Virus record (IMG/VR): IMGVR_UViG_3300028583_001329
DNA: 64,000 nt
Reading direction: 5' to 3' (one strand)
Origin: a virus
The notes beneath the pieces are model-generated. The model did not search any database and was not told the origin of the DNA. It saw only the letters and a list, made by a program, of their open reading frames with translations. A program made the position numbers and the translations under genes. Positions 19,691 to 29,289 of the stretch are shown here, piece after piece (the stretch's first letter is position 1; each line of letters begins with the position of its first letter).

Positions 19691-21559
19691 ATGGCTGTAA
19701 ATAAAGATAACAAGTCTACTCCGTCTAACCCTGCTATGGCAGAAGCAATGAAAGAGTCAGGCGCGCAGCAAAGCCGTTCAACAAACCAAAACCAACCCAA
19801 TCGAGGAAGAAACGTGGAAGGTCCAAAATCCCTAGCCGGTCTTAATTCTTTATTCAGCAACCCAATGACGCGTAGCACTGCAGGCGAAGTCACTGGTGAG
19901 CTAACTCAAACGCTTCGTAAGATCCTATCTTCAGAGCGTAACAGCGTACTTGAGAAAGTAACGATTGAACCTGTGGACGGCGATAGCCATTCACTAGCCC
20001 TTTCTGTAATTGTATTACAGTTCCCATTCAACGAGCACGTTGCCTGCTATACCTACATTGTAGAAGGTTCTGGTGACGGTCTTGCAGATCGCGTTCCAAC
20101 TATTGCTGGACAGCAAGTAAACATCAAGACTGTTCCTGGTGACGTATACGACGATAACATGTGGGAACAAGTTAGCATGTATCTTCGCAGCAAGTACGGT
20201 AACGAGCGCAGCTTCATCGATGTTGGCGCTAACGTAATTCCACGTACAGTTACAGCTGACCATGAGAAAGAAATCCGCAGCCTATTATACTTCGGTATCA
20301 CTGCGTGTTACACTACTCTACTTAAAATCAATGGCGATACCAGCAACAGCATTAGCGTAGCTGATATCAACACCGGTGACGTGCTAGCAGCGCAGCTTCG
20401 CTACAATCCAGGCGACACGCAAACTGCTGCTGGTCAGACTGTACGTTCAGATCTATCTATCGCACTTCGCGGTATCATGCAAACAGGTGAAGCGGTATCT
20501 GCTAAGCAGACTATCCCACTAACAACTGTTGATGGTTACATGGATCTAACTTACGTTCCACGTCAGCAACAACAAATGGCGTATGGTCAGCCTGTTGATC
20601 ACCGTCAATACGTACCGCGTCTAGTAATGACTAACGTATCTTCTGGTCTAAGCGTTAACACGCTAGAGCTTGAACTACTAGGTCTTTCTACTACGGTACT
20701 AGCAGCCCAGCACCACGCATGGGTTAAGTGCTTCAAGCCTGTATACGGTGCCAGTAAGAATGACATTCATGACATCGGCGCACTAGGCTTTGAAGTTGAC
20801 TTCGCAAACAATGGTGAGTACGGTCGTATCTCTACTAAGAGCGATTCATTCTCAGACCAAAGTCTGTTCGAGCTAGTACAACGCAGCATGTACAACGAAG
20901 TACTGTTCTCTTGGGATATCCCTGAAACCGGTGACCTAAGCTGGTTACAAGAAACGTTCCTAGCCGCAGCGGCTGGTAACAGCAAAGCAATTAACACTCT
21001 GTTCAATGCAGCAGATACGTTAACTGGCGGTGCGTTTACTCGTAACTACGACGGTGCTCCTCCTCTAATGAGTGAGATTACTCGTGTACATCTTGGTACT
21101 TACCTAGATGAAAATAATACTCCACGTGATCTACGTGATCTTGATTACCTAGCGATGCTAAACATCTACGGTGATAAAGACCTAGGTCTAGTTGAAGCAT
21201 TTGGTAACACTTACGACCAGACTGATCGTCCTCAAGAACTACGTCTGGCAGAGCGTGCTAAAATCATCGAAGCTACACTAGGTGATACAGTAACCATCAC
21301 TGGTTACGCACGTCGTGTTACATTCAATCCTAAGTTCATCGAAGCGCTTGCTATGGCTTGTGCAGAAGCTGGACTTAAGATCCGCCCTGAGGGTATCTAC
21401 GGTAACGACATGGGTGCCATTCGTGGTAACACGTCAGCTGTTGGTATGGGTATTGGTCAAAACGCCGGTGGTGCTGTCTTCCAACAAGGTGGTGCTAACT
21501 GGGGCGGTTCTGGTATGGGTTACGGTGCTCGTAACTCTGGTGGACTGTGGAACCGCTAA
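19691..21559 (+). CDS. chmA: chimallin, the phage nucleus shell protein (phiKZ gp54 / 201phi2-1 gp105-like)
   Basis: 622 aa with disordered N-terminal arm and Gly-rich C-terminus. Lies between the DNA pol block and nvRNAP beta'N, the diagnostic position. Strongly biased codon use suggests high expression. Confidence 0.85.
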   Translation: MAVNKDNKSTPSNPAMAEAMKESGAQQSRSTNQNQPNRGRNVEGPKSLAGLNSLFSNPMTRSTAGEVTGELTQTLRKILSSERNSVLEKVTIEPVDGDSHSLALSVIVLQFPFNEHVACYTYIVEGSGDGLADRVPTIAGQQVNIKTVPGDVYDDNMWEQVSMYLRSKYGNERSFIDVGANVIPRTVTADHEKEIRSLLYFGITACYTTLLKINGDTSNSISVADINTGDVLAAQLRYNPGDTQTAAGQTVRSDLSIALRGIMQTGEAVSAKQTIPLTTVDGYMDLTYVPRQQQQMAYGQPVDHRQYVPRLVMTNVSSGLSVNTLELELLGLSTTVLAAQHHAWVKCFKPVYGASKNDIHDIGALGFEVDFANNGEYGRISTKSDSFSDQSLFELVQRSMYNEVLFSWDIPETGDLSWLQETFLAAAAGNSKAINTLFNAADTLTGGAFTRNYDGAPPLMSEITRVHLGTYLDENNTPRDLRDLDYLAMLNIYGDKDLGLVEAFGNTYDQTDRPQELRLAERAKIIEATLGDTVTITGYARRVTFNPKFIEALAMACAEAGLKIRPEGIYGNDMGAIRGNTSAVGMGIGQNAGGAVFQQGGANWGGSGMGYGARNSGGLWNR

Positions 21560-21580
21560 GTTAAAATTAGCTAAGTAGTT

Positions 21581-21619
21581 AGAAAGAGGGTCTTCGGATC
21601 CTCTTTCTTTTTTATGCCC
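21581..21619 (+). terminator. UUCG hairpin + U-tract + ATGCCC after chmA
   Basis: AGAAAGAGGGTC-TTCG-GATCCTCTTTCT then TTTTTATGCCC. Confidence 0.8.
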
Positions 21620-21644
21620 GTTTATAATAAAATAAGGACTTTTC

Positions 21645-22163
21645 GTGACAAAGCCTATGGTAGAATCAATTTTAACAATAACAACACCTCGCCCATCAGA
21701 TATCAAATTACTTGAAGAGCAGCAGGGTATTATTCTCAAACCCATTGTCGGCTTTAAAGACGCCTGGGTTAGTCGATGTGGTAAGGTCGTTAAGCTACAC
21801 TACCCGCTAACAGGTGATGCGTGTTATTACTACGCCACCCTCACGGTGCGCCGACAAGATCAACGTTTGATGGTAACGCTCAAAAGTAGCGAAGGCTCTA
21901 CCATGCGAACGCTATCTGGTTTAGTGGCTCGCGCCTATCTTGAAGCACCTAAAGACCCCTCGCGTTTTGATCTAATCAACATTGATGAGGACAGAAGTAA
22001 TTGTCATGCTGATAACCTAGCGTGGCAGCTTAAATCACACACCACCAACTATTATTACGAAGTGAAAGACACTCGTGATGGTTCAGTTATGGAGTTTGAT
22101 ACTAAGAAAGATTTTCATGATTGGGTAAATAAAACGTTTACGTTTAACAGAAAGAAAAGGTAG
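21645..22163 (+). CDS. HNH-endonuclease-like protein with degenerate active site
   Basis: SGLVARAYL...LINIDEDRSNCHADNLAW aligns to the HRLVA..F...VNHIDG.K.NN...NLEW consensus with both His replaced. Confidence 0.6.
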   Translation: MTKPMVESILTITTPRPSDIKLLEEQQGIILKPIVGFKDAWVSRCGKVVKLHYPLTGDACYYYATLTVRRQDQRLMVTLKSSEGSTMRTLSGLVARAYLEAPKDPSRFDLINIDEDRSNCHADNLAWQLKSHTTNYYYEVKDTRDGSVMEFDTKKDFHDWVNKTFTFNRKKR

Positions 22164-22215
22164 GATTTTACAGGGGTGAGTAACATTATGTTTATTATCT
22201 AAATGTAATATGCTT

Positions 22216-22229
22216 AGACCTATATTACT
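22216..22229 (+). promoter_or_regulatory. putative early promoter AGACCTATATTACT
   Basis: Contains the phiKZ early consensus TATATTAC, upstream of nvRNAP beta'N. Confidence 0.7.
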
Positions 22230-22271
22230 AAAAAAGAATAAGCCCTTAACAAATTAAAATAAGGAGAGATC

Positions 22272-23840
22272 ATGCAGGCTGATATCAGTGCGGCGGCTGA
22301 GCCAATTACTGCATCCATCGATCAACTTAAAGGTCCTCTTAGTTGGAACTACGAAGATCGACAAGGCGGCGTTTATCTGGCGCTAGAAGATCATGATAAG
22401 ATCTTTAATAACCTGTCCAATCCCCCTATCATTGTCAATGACGTCAACACGCTGTCTCAGGAAGACAAACAGAAATTCAATGACCTAATATCTACGCGTT
22501 ACGAGGGTGATTCATTGTCTATCGTACCGTCGTGTGATTGTGGTGAATTATCAGGCGGTTATAACTTAGGTAAGGTTTGTGGTGTCTGTCAGACTGAAGT
22601 CCAGCAGTCTACAGAGAAACGCATCGAGTCTACGTTATGGATGAAAGCACCAGATGGTGTTCATGGGTTTATTAATCCTAACGTCTGGTTGATGTTTGAG
22701 AAGTATTTCTCAAGTAAGCAGTTGTGTCTTGTCGAGTGGTTGTGTAATCCTAATCTACGTTATGATAATGAGAAGAATGAGTCATTAAACCGCTTGAAGC
22801 GTTATAACTTTAAACGTGGTTATAATAACTTCATTGAAAACTTTGACACAATAATGAATGCGCTGTATGACATATTTGCTATACACAAGCGATTAGAGAT
22901 ACAAGACTTTAAAACCACGATGCGTAAGTATAGACATTGTCTATTTAGTCAATACGTACCGGTGCCTTCTAAAGTTGCATTCGTAACAGAGAAAAACGAT
23001 TCAACCGTTACCTCTGATACACAGACGTCGTTAGCGATGGATGCTATACGTACTATGTCGTCTATCAAACAGGCACTACGTCCTCTTATGCCTAAGCAGT
23101 TAGAGAACCGTACCCTTAAGTGTGTTAAACAGCTTGCTGTCTATTATGAAGAAACCTACAAGACACGTCTTGCCTCTAAAGATGGTTTCATTCGTAAACA
23201 CATGATCTCAGGTAGGTTACATTATACGGCACGTGCTGTTATTGTATCGTTAAGTGAACCCCACGAGTATGATGAGCTACATCTTCCATGGGGGTTATCG
23301 GTAGGACTACTACGTACGCACCTGACTAATAAGTTGTTAAAGTTAGGGTATACACCTCGCGCTGCCGCCTGTCTATTACAAGAGTCTATTAGCCGCTATC
23401 ATCCACTTGTAGATACGCTGTTAAATGAACTTATAGACGAGTCTCCGTGTCTATCGGAAATTGCAGAACACGAACTTACCGTGCCTAAGAAGAAAGGTCT
23501 GTATGTTATCATCCAACGTAACCCATCTTTACATAGACTGTCAGCACAGTTCATGCGGGTTACTAAGATCATTAAAGACCCTAGTATCCAGACTATATCA
23601 ATGTCGGTATTATCATTGACTGGTCCGAATGCTGACTTCGACGGCGACGCTTTGAATATTCTCTTAATCACCGATAAAGAGATGATGCGTAAGATGTATA
23701 GACTGTCACCCCATTATGGCATTTTGTCGCTTCAAGAACCATCCAAGGTCTCTGGTTGCGTAGGTATGCCTAAACCGGTGGTAAGTACTATTGATAACTG
23801 GTTGAAGAAAGGCCCTAAGGTTAAAGAAGAGGCGGTCTAA
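22272..23840 (+). CDS. rpoC: non-virion RNA polymerase beta' N-terminal/catalytic subunit (phiKZ gp55-like)
   Basis: Zn-binding CDCG..CGVC, GRLHYTARAVI, QRNPSLH, and catalytic GPNADFDGD. Uninterrupted. Confidence 0.92.
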   Translation: MQADISAAAEPITASIDQLKGPLSWNYEDRQGGVYLALEDHDKIFNNLSNPPIIVNDVNTLSQEDKQKFNDLISTRYEGDSLSIVPSCDCGELSGGYNLGKVCGVCQTEVQQSTEKRIESTLWMKAPDGVHGFINPNVWLMFEKYFSSKQLCLVEWLCNPNLRYDNEKNESLNRLKRYNFKRGYNNFIENFDTIMNALYDIFAIHKRLEIQDFKTTMRKYRHCLFSQYVPVPSKVAFVTEKNDSTVTSDTQTSLAMDAIRTMSSIKQALRPLMPKQLENRTLKCVKQLAVYYEETYKTRLASKDGFIRKHMISGRLHYTARAVIVSLSEPHEYDELHLPWGLSVGLLRTHLTNKLLKLGYTPRAAACLLQESISRYHPLVDTLLNELIDESPCLSEIAEHELTVPKKKGLYVIIQRNPSLHRLSAQFMRVTKIIKDPSIQTISMSVLSLTGPNADFDGDALNILLITDKEMMRKMYRLSPHYGILSLQEPSKVSGCVGMPKPVVSTIDNWLKKGPKVKEEAV

Positions 23841-23856
23841 ACGCCTCTTCTTCTAT
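23824..23856 (+). terminator. hairpin overlapping the beta'N stop, followed by CTATG
   Basis: AAGAAGAGGCG / CGCCTCTTCTT, then CTATGAGG. Confidence 0.5.
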
Positions 23857-23865
23857 GAGGTTATT

Positions 23866-24723
23866 ATGGAAGTTAAAAATGAAGTAACGTCGTTAGAAGT
23901 AGAAGAGTTACCCGAAGGGTACGCGGACGATATGTTATTAGAAAAATACCATACCTACCCTATAATACGGGACGAGTTTAATATTATTCGTTGGGTACCG
24001 CTTAAAAGTCTTTTACCACCACCATTGGATATGTTAGATATTCCGTTTTCAAAACTAATACGGGATTCTAATTTAAAAGATAATGAAATATGTAGAAGAT
24101 TAGCCGAGAGGTTAGATGGTCGGTCTTTGAGTAGTTATGGTGATGCTTTTAACATGGAATGTAACAGAGTATCCGATGACTCATTTACCCCGCCAACTAG
24201 GGTTGAATTTCTCAATGCGGTATTTGATTTTATTGACGCTATTGCTTCTACTAAAAGTATAAAAGATATCAAATCGCAGAATGACATCTTCTTACCCATT
24301 GCCGATGCAATATTAAGAAACCACCTAGGGGATGTTAATATACTAGAAGATCATCCAGATGACCTGGGAAGGCTCGCAGAGGTGGTTTATGAAGGCTGTT
24401 GTGTTGACTTCTATGCGTTATTGGGGCGTTTTATGGACGTCCTACAACAAGGTAAGATAATGATACTTTATCATGTCGGTGAATACAGCTTCACAATCAC
24501 ACTCGCTGCTGAATTGATATCCGGTCTAATGCACAAGTACGTGCGGAATGGTCGGGTGGTTTCGGTTCCAACAACAGGTGAGATTGTTGGTATATGTGTG
24601 GATAACGAACAGGTAAAATATTATCTAAAGACCGCTATTTCCTATATAGATGAAAATATAGGTAGAGAAGGTGAGATAAGTTTCATTAACTCGCTTGATG
24701 TTAGAATGGCGCTATCAATTTAA
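23866..24723 (+). CDS. hypothetical protein
   Basis: 285-aa ORF with GAGG SD. Confidence 0.55.
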   Translation: MEVKNEVTSLEVEELPEGYADDMLLEKYHTYPIIRDEFNIIRWVPLKSLLPPPLDMLDIPFSKLIRDSNLKDNEICRRLAERLDGRSLSSYGDAFNMECNRVSDDSFTPPTRVEFLNAVFDFIDAIASTKSIKDIKSQNDIFLPIADAILRNHLGDVNILEDHPDDLGRLAEVVYEGCCVDFYALLGRFMDVLQQGKIMILYHVGEYSFTITLAAELISGLMHKYVRNGRVVSVPTTGEIVGICVDNEQVKYYLKTAISYIDENIGREGEISFINSLDVRMALSI

Positions 24724-24885
24724 TTACAGGTTCGACTTGTATCTTAGGTAGCTCAGAAATTAAACGTTACGCGTTTAACAAACAATAAAAGGATTGGCGT
24801 GTAGAATGGGTCTACATGCTTTATTAAAACCTAATGCGGTAATTGCTCTCATTGAGAGCTTCGCATTTAAAATGGAGTCATTATA

Positions 24886-25320
24886 ATGACACGTAAGAAA
24901 AGTATCTACACTGTAGATCAAAAGAGACAACTCACCACTACACGTATGCTAATACGTCTAGCCATGCAACGTAAAACTATTTACTATAGTGAGTTAGCCG
25001 AACGCTTAGGGTACAATGTGCCAAACATGGCGTTAGGTAAGGTATTGAGCCCGACGCTTGAGCGGGTTAACCAGTGGTGCTGGGAGCGACAGCAACCATG
25101 GCTTACCGCGTTAGTCGTTAGAAGCTCAGGGAACCATACAGGGCTTCCTGGTGAAGGTTTCTTTAATGAGATGCAAGAGCTAGGTGCGTATACCCCTGAA
25201 GTTGATACCCATAAGGCACGTCGTACTTGGGCTGAACCGTATATTAAGAGTATATGGGATTTCTGGGGTCCTGATGATGCTGATATCTTGTGTAAAGCAC
25301 GTGTACTGTCACCTAAATAA
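24886..25320 (+). CDS. putative winged-helix DNA-binding protein
   Basis: TIYYSELAERLGY...LGKVL...PWLTALVVRSSG..GLPGEGFF, a pattern recalled from a widespread bacterial wHTH-like family. Confidence 0.45.
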   Translation: MTRKKSIYTVDQKRQLTTTRMLIRLAMQRKTIYYSELAERLGYNVPNMALGKVLSPTLERVNQWCWERQQPWLTALVVRSSGNHTGLPGEGFFNEMQELGAYTPEVDTHKARRTWAEPYIKSIWDFWGPDDADILCKARVLSPK

Positions 25321-25330
25321 GGAGTTGATT

Positions 25331-25837
25331 ATGGATTTTGATAAAGGTATTGAAGCAGTTGAATTTATTGCGTCACAAAGAGAAACAGAGGGTAATGGTC
25401 TATACCTTGCTCATCTGTTAGCAAGGCGTGGATACATCTTTCCTCTAGATTCCTCGTTACTGTATCTGGCTACTAACAGTGATTGGACAGTAGCGCATGA
25501 AATGGCGCGTGCTGGTTTTAACTTCCCCGAAGACCATCCAGCAATGGGTCGTACTAACGATTTAGGGGAAAGCGTGGCAATGACGATGGCGGAGAGAGGC
25601 TATGTCTTTCCATTGGACAGTGCGTTTCTTACTTCTGCAAATAAAACAGGCTGGACCATTGCACACACTCAGGCTACTAATGGTTGGGTTGTTGATGATA
25701 TTGACATCCTATCCTTAAAGGATGATGTAGGAGTTACCGTCGCTCACCAGATGGCGCGATGCGGGCATAACTTTCCAGATGGTCCAATCTTGGACTTTGT
25801 CGATAATGCTGGGGTGACCGTAGCAGACTTAATGTAA
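25331..25837 (+). CDS. ankyrin-like tandem repeat protein (about 28-aa units)
   Basis: Five full repeats of G-x-[TS]-[VI]-A-H-x-M-A-x-x-G-[FY]-x-F-P plus a partial sixth. ATG 25331 has an AAGGAG SD. Confidence 0.7.
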   Translation: MDFDKGIEAVEFIASQRETEGNGLYLAHLLARRGYIFPLDSSLLYLATNSDWTVAHEMARAGFNFPEDHPAMGRTNDLGESVAMTMAERGYVFPLDSAFLTSANKTGWTIAHTQATNGWVVDDIDILSLKDDVGVTVAHQMARCGHNFPDGPILDFVDNAGVTVADLM

Positions 25838-25849
25838 GACAATGTAACA

Positions 25850-25881
25850 ATGGCTGTCCCTAGGGACAGCCATCTATGCCG
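25850..25881 (+). terminator. hairpin + CTATGCCG
   Basis: ATGGCTGTCC-CTAG-GGACAGCCAT-CTATGCCG. Confidence 0.75.
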
Positions 25882-25912
25882 GATTCTTTTTTTATCAATA
25901 TAACCTGATTAC

Positions 25913-25926
25913 AGACCTATATTACC
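25913..25926 (+). promoter_or_regulatory. putative early promoter AGACCTATATTACC
   Basis: Contains TATATTAC, 31 nt after the preceding terminator. Confidence 0.7.
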
Positions 25927-25949
25927 AACGTGTTAATAAACTATATATA

Positions 25950-26357
25950 GTGAGAACACCCATGTCTGTTATTGATAATTTACTTACGTCGTTTAAACGC
26001 CGCACCTTTAAACGTAGTGCTCGCACCCACTTACCCGCTATGAGTTACATTGTAAATAGCGTCAACTATGACGTTAGTAACGTGGTAGGTCATTTTACTG
26101 TTGATACCGTGGTGTATTTAGGAGACAGCAGTATAAAAGAGACAGTTGATGTCTTTAGCCCAGAGACCCTTACATTAGAAAACGACCCCCTAGATACCTA
26201 TGGGTGGTTAGTAAGTTATCTCCAAGCATACGTTAGACGCGACCCTGCTATCCTGATTGTTATAGACAGACTTATGGATCAAGAAAACCATTCTCGATTT
26301 GTTAATCTGTGTAACGCCTATTCGGTTAAATTACTTATCCGAAAACCCATCATTTAA
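25950..26357 (+). CDS. hypothetical early protein
   Basis: ORF just downstream of the early promoter motif. Confidence 0.55.
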   Translation: MRTPMSVIDNLLTSFKRRTFKRSARTHLPAMSYIVNSVNYDVSNVVGHFTVDTVVYLGDSSIKETVDVFSPETLTLENDPLDTYGWLVSYLQAYVRRDPAILIVIDRLMDQENHSRFVNLCNAYSVKLLIRKPII

Positions 26358-26380
26358 AGTATAAATAGAGGAACCCTTTT

Positions 26381-26788
26381 ATGATAGATTTATCTCAACC
26401 GTGTGTATTGAACATCAGCTTTGCAAGTCTGCTAAAGCGTCTTGAGTTTAACACACCTATGGGTTGGATAACCCAACCTACCTTTAACATCAACCTACCT
26501 TACCCGGTAGACCTTAAAACTATCGGTGTGTATATCGAGCAAACTATGCAGAAGGTAGAAGCGGTACCGCTGGCTAACGATGCAGCATATCAAGAAATGG
26601 CAAATCTGGCTAATGAACGTCTTGAGAAAATGGCGCTTGAGTTTGACCGTGAGGAGCTAGTAAAGAATCTTGAAGCGCAGATGGAGTTAGAGTTAAAATC
26701 TCTTCGGTTAATATATGAAGTAGATGTTAACCGAACGGGTATGATTATATCAATCGAGATAGCATCACGTGATGATTTAGAAGAATAG
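26381..26788 (+). CDS. hypothetical protein
   Basis: GAGGA SD, 135 aa. Confidence 0.6.
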   Translation: MIDLSQPCVLNISFASLLKRLEFNTPMGWITQPTFNINLPYPVDLKTIGVYIEQTMQKVEAVPLANDAAYQEMANLANERLEKMALEFDREELVKNLEAQMELELKSLRLIYEVDVNRTGMIISIEIASRDDLEE

Positions 26789-26796
26789 TCTTTTTA

Positions 26797-26821
26797 AGCT
26801 AGGTGGATTATCCACCTAGCT
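26797..26821 (+). terminator. hairpin terminator
   Basis: AGCTAGGTGGA-TTA-TCCACCTAGCT followed by a T-rich tract. Confidence 0.65.
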
Positions 26822-26861
26822 ATTTACTATTTATTTTTTTGATATTCTTAAGGTAATTACA

Positions 26862-27947
26862 ATGAAGACAGTAGCAGGCGTTCTGCGGAGCGGTATACGT
26901 GAAGAAGAAATAAGTGTAGAAACATTCAACGATATTGCTATATCGCAAGAAGTACTACATGAGCACGAGCTTAATCTATCGGATTTTAACGTCTCAGAAG
27001 AAGGATTAGTTGAACGCCTTAAGTTGATTAAAGAAAGCTTAGGTTCAAATATCCGTTTCATGACCGGTAATCTAACACAGCATATTAAACATGCTAAGAA
27101 GTTAGAAGATCGCCTCTCTCTGATTCAAGGAGAAACAAAGGGTGAGATAAAGGCCAAGAGTGAATTGGGCTTCATTCTACCCAAAGACGGTACTGTTGAT
27201 AACGTAATTGATCAATTTGCGTACTTAACAAGCCTGGCAGAAGACATTAATACAGTGACGTCATCTTTCTTAAAGGCCGGTGCTGTTGCGAGTGACAAAG
27301 CGCTAGTTAGCAATCTAGCATTAATCTTTGGCGGTTATGGTATTGCTATAAATAAAGCGGTAGTACTTTCTAAAGGTGACGAGTTAAAAGACTTCCATAA
27401 GCTGATAAAGAATATAACAAGTGCTTTGGATTTAAAACCTTTAAAGAAAAACATCACTAAAGAAATGGAAGTGACTAAGCATGGGGTGGTTGGAGTAGCG
27501 CCACTGCTTGCTAGCGATAGAGTGTTGTGTATGAAAGAATATGGTACGTTAGACTCTTTAGAGCTAGTGCGCTATTTCGTTGGTGTGGCAAACAACCTTA
27601 AAGGCTCAGCACCTACAACAATGCCCGCTCTTACCAAAGCAGAATGTCTAACAGTGGTTAAGGCTGTCAAAGAGAGCCAGAAAGACTTAGAGGTTATGAT
27701 TAACTCACTAAGAGAAGTATCAAAGAATCTGATACCTGCTCTTCACGTCTATGAGAACAATAGTATCTTGGAAGTGGCGTTATCAGGTATGGTTGACCGC
27801 GTTAACGTTAAAGGTGAATCCGGTAGTCTAATTCGCTTCATCTTGAAGGGTTGTCAGGAGCCTGCGTTGCGCTACGTTAATCTTTATAACCGTATTGCTG
27901 GTCTGATGTTGTCTGTTGTAGAAAAATCTATAAAAACAGCTCTCTAA
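26862..27947 (+). CDS. inner head protein paralog (phiKZ-type)
   Basis: Acidic propeptide-like N-terminus with ISVE, ISQE and VSEE sites, followed by GLVERLKLIKESL. Confidence 0.5.
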   Translation: MKTVAGVLRSGIREEEISVETFNDIAISQEVLHEHELNLSDFNVSEEGLVERLKLIKESLGSNIRFMTGNLTQHIKHAKKLEDRLSLIQGETKGEIKAKSELGFILPKDGTVDNVIDQFAYLTSLAEDINTVTSSFLKAGAVASDKALVSNLALIFGGYGIAINKAVVLSKGDELKDFHKLIKNITSALDLKPLKKNITKEMEVTKHGVVGVAPLLASDRVLCMKEYGTLDSLELVRYFVGVANNLKGSAPTTMPALTKAECLTVVKAVKESQKDLEVMINSLREVSKNLIPALHVYENNSILEVALSGMVDRVNVKGESGSLIRFILKGCQEPALRYVNLYNRIAGLMLSVVEKSIKTAL

Positions 27948-28016
27948 GCGCATGGAAGGCTAGACAGTAATCTAGCCCTCTTTTATTACTAAGTTCCAAA
28001 ATGAGAGGAAGCTTAA

Positions 28017-28430
28017 ATGGACAAGTTCAATATACATGGAATCTTTGAAGCCCTTTGCTTTAACCCGTCGTATGAAGAGGCAGCTGGTATCACGTATCAT
28101 GTAGGCTTAATCATGGCGGCTAAGGAAACAACCTTTAGAGGTGCGGAGACGCTACGTAGCGTAGTGCATGACGGGCCGTTAGATAGCGAATCAGTACCTA
28201 GCAAGGTAGAGCAGGGTTGGTTGCTTGAAAAGGATATGGTAGAGCAAATATCAGTTGACGGCAAACAAGGTTTTCAAAGTGCAACACCTAAGGGTCAGGC
28301 TGTCTGTAAAGTCTTAGATGTTGCTAAGCACTTAAGTGAAATACGACCTATCGATGTTGTACGTGCAGTTAATACCTATTTAAAAGAACCATCGTATGTA
28401 TATACCCCTAATTTAAGTAAGGAATGTTAA
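28017..28430 (+). CDS. hypothetical protein
   Basis: GAGGA SD. Contains GPLDSESVPSK...GFQSATPKG, which is possibly wHTH-like. Confidence 0.55.
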   Translation: MDKFNIHGIFEALCFNPSYEEAAGITYHVGLIMAAKETTFRGAETLRSVVHDGPLDSESVPSKVEQGWLLEKDMVEQISVDGKQGFQSATPKGQAVCKVLDVAKHLSEIRPIDVVRAVNTYLKEPSYVYTPNLSKEC

Positions 28431-29248
28431 CGATGGTTATCCCAGGTAAACTCTCTTTAAAGACACTAGCAGTTATTGCCTCGGTGGAAGCTAAAGCTGA
28501 AAGTAAGTCTTTTTTTAATCGAATCCCTCAGTTCTTAGAACAGTTACGTGAAAAGGTTGCAAGCGACATCACTATGACTAAAGGGGAAAGTCCTAGTGAG
28601 CAGCTAAACCCGAAAGCATTTACTAAGATGCTTAAGGATGTCAACTATGCGACGATCTCAGAGCTTGCTGTTTTTAGACCAACAGGCATGCGTGGTGGTT
28701 ACCAAGACTACGTAGAGATGCTAGCTGAGTTTCAAGAGCAAATTGGTGGAATTGAAGAGCGCTTACTTACACCATTAAAACGTACCGTTGCGCAAATGCT
28801 AGTAGAGCCTAAACGTCTATCTCAGGCGTTCCCGGTTAATTATAAAGTGGTTGACATAGAAAAGCTTCAGAAGTTATTTAACAAAGAAGTAGATCTTCAA
28901 GACTCAGGTGACAAGATTGCCTATAGTGATGCAGTTAACCGTAATAAAGACTGGGAAGGTATTGTATCTACAGTAAACCTGTTAGATGACCAATATCAAA
29001 GAGAACCTAATAGTGATATCTTAAAATCAGTAGGTGAGTTAACAGAACACATCAATCTGTTGATCCAGCGTATCAGCGACCAGCCTGACGTTTATGTAGT
29101 TAAAGGTACGACTTTATCTGCACTGGTAGATGCTACCTATCAAGCAGCTAAGGAAGTTGAGCTCTACGCTGCACATGGTTTTAACCTAGCCACTACTAAG
29201 AAAGCATTAGTTGACAGCTATCGTCAAGTTAAAGAAGCTATCGAGTAA
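28424..29248 (+). CDS. conserved probable virion (head) protein
   Basis: ASVE site followed by an amphipathic FFNRIPQFLEQLREKV helix. AAGGA SD. Confidence 0.5.
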   Translation: MLTMVIPGKLSLKTLAVIASVEAKAESKSFFNRIPQFLEQLREKVASDITMTKGESPSEQLNPKAFTKMLKDVNYATISELAVFRPTGMRGGYQDYVEMLAEFQEQIGGIEERLLTPLKRTVAQMLVEPKRLSQAFPVNYKVVDIEKLQKLFNKEVDLQDSGDKIAYSDAVNRNKDWEGIVSTVNLLDDQYQREPNSDILKSVGELTEHINLLIQRISDQPDVYVVKGTTLSALVDATYQAAKEVELYAAHGFNLATTKKALVDSYRQVKEAIE

Positions 29249-29255
29249 AGTACTG

Positions 29256-29289
29256 CACCTAGAGTCATCCGACTCTAGGTGTTATGCCG
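29256..29289 (+). terminator. hairpin + TTATGCCG
   Basis: CACCTAGAGTC-ATCC-GACTCTAGGTG-TTATGCCG. Confidence 0.75.

Noticed and set aside
24726-24756. tRNA-like fragments GGTTCGACT and GGTAGCTCAG
   Set aside because: They are in reversed order, with no acceptor or anticodon stem and no CCA. A tRNA or tmRNA cloverleaf cannot be built. tRNAscan/ARAGORN or Infernal would settle it.
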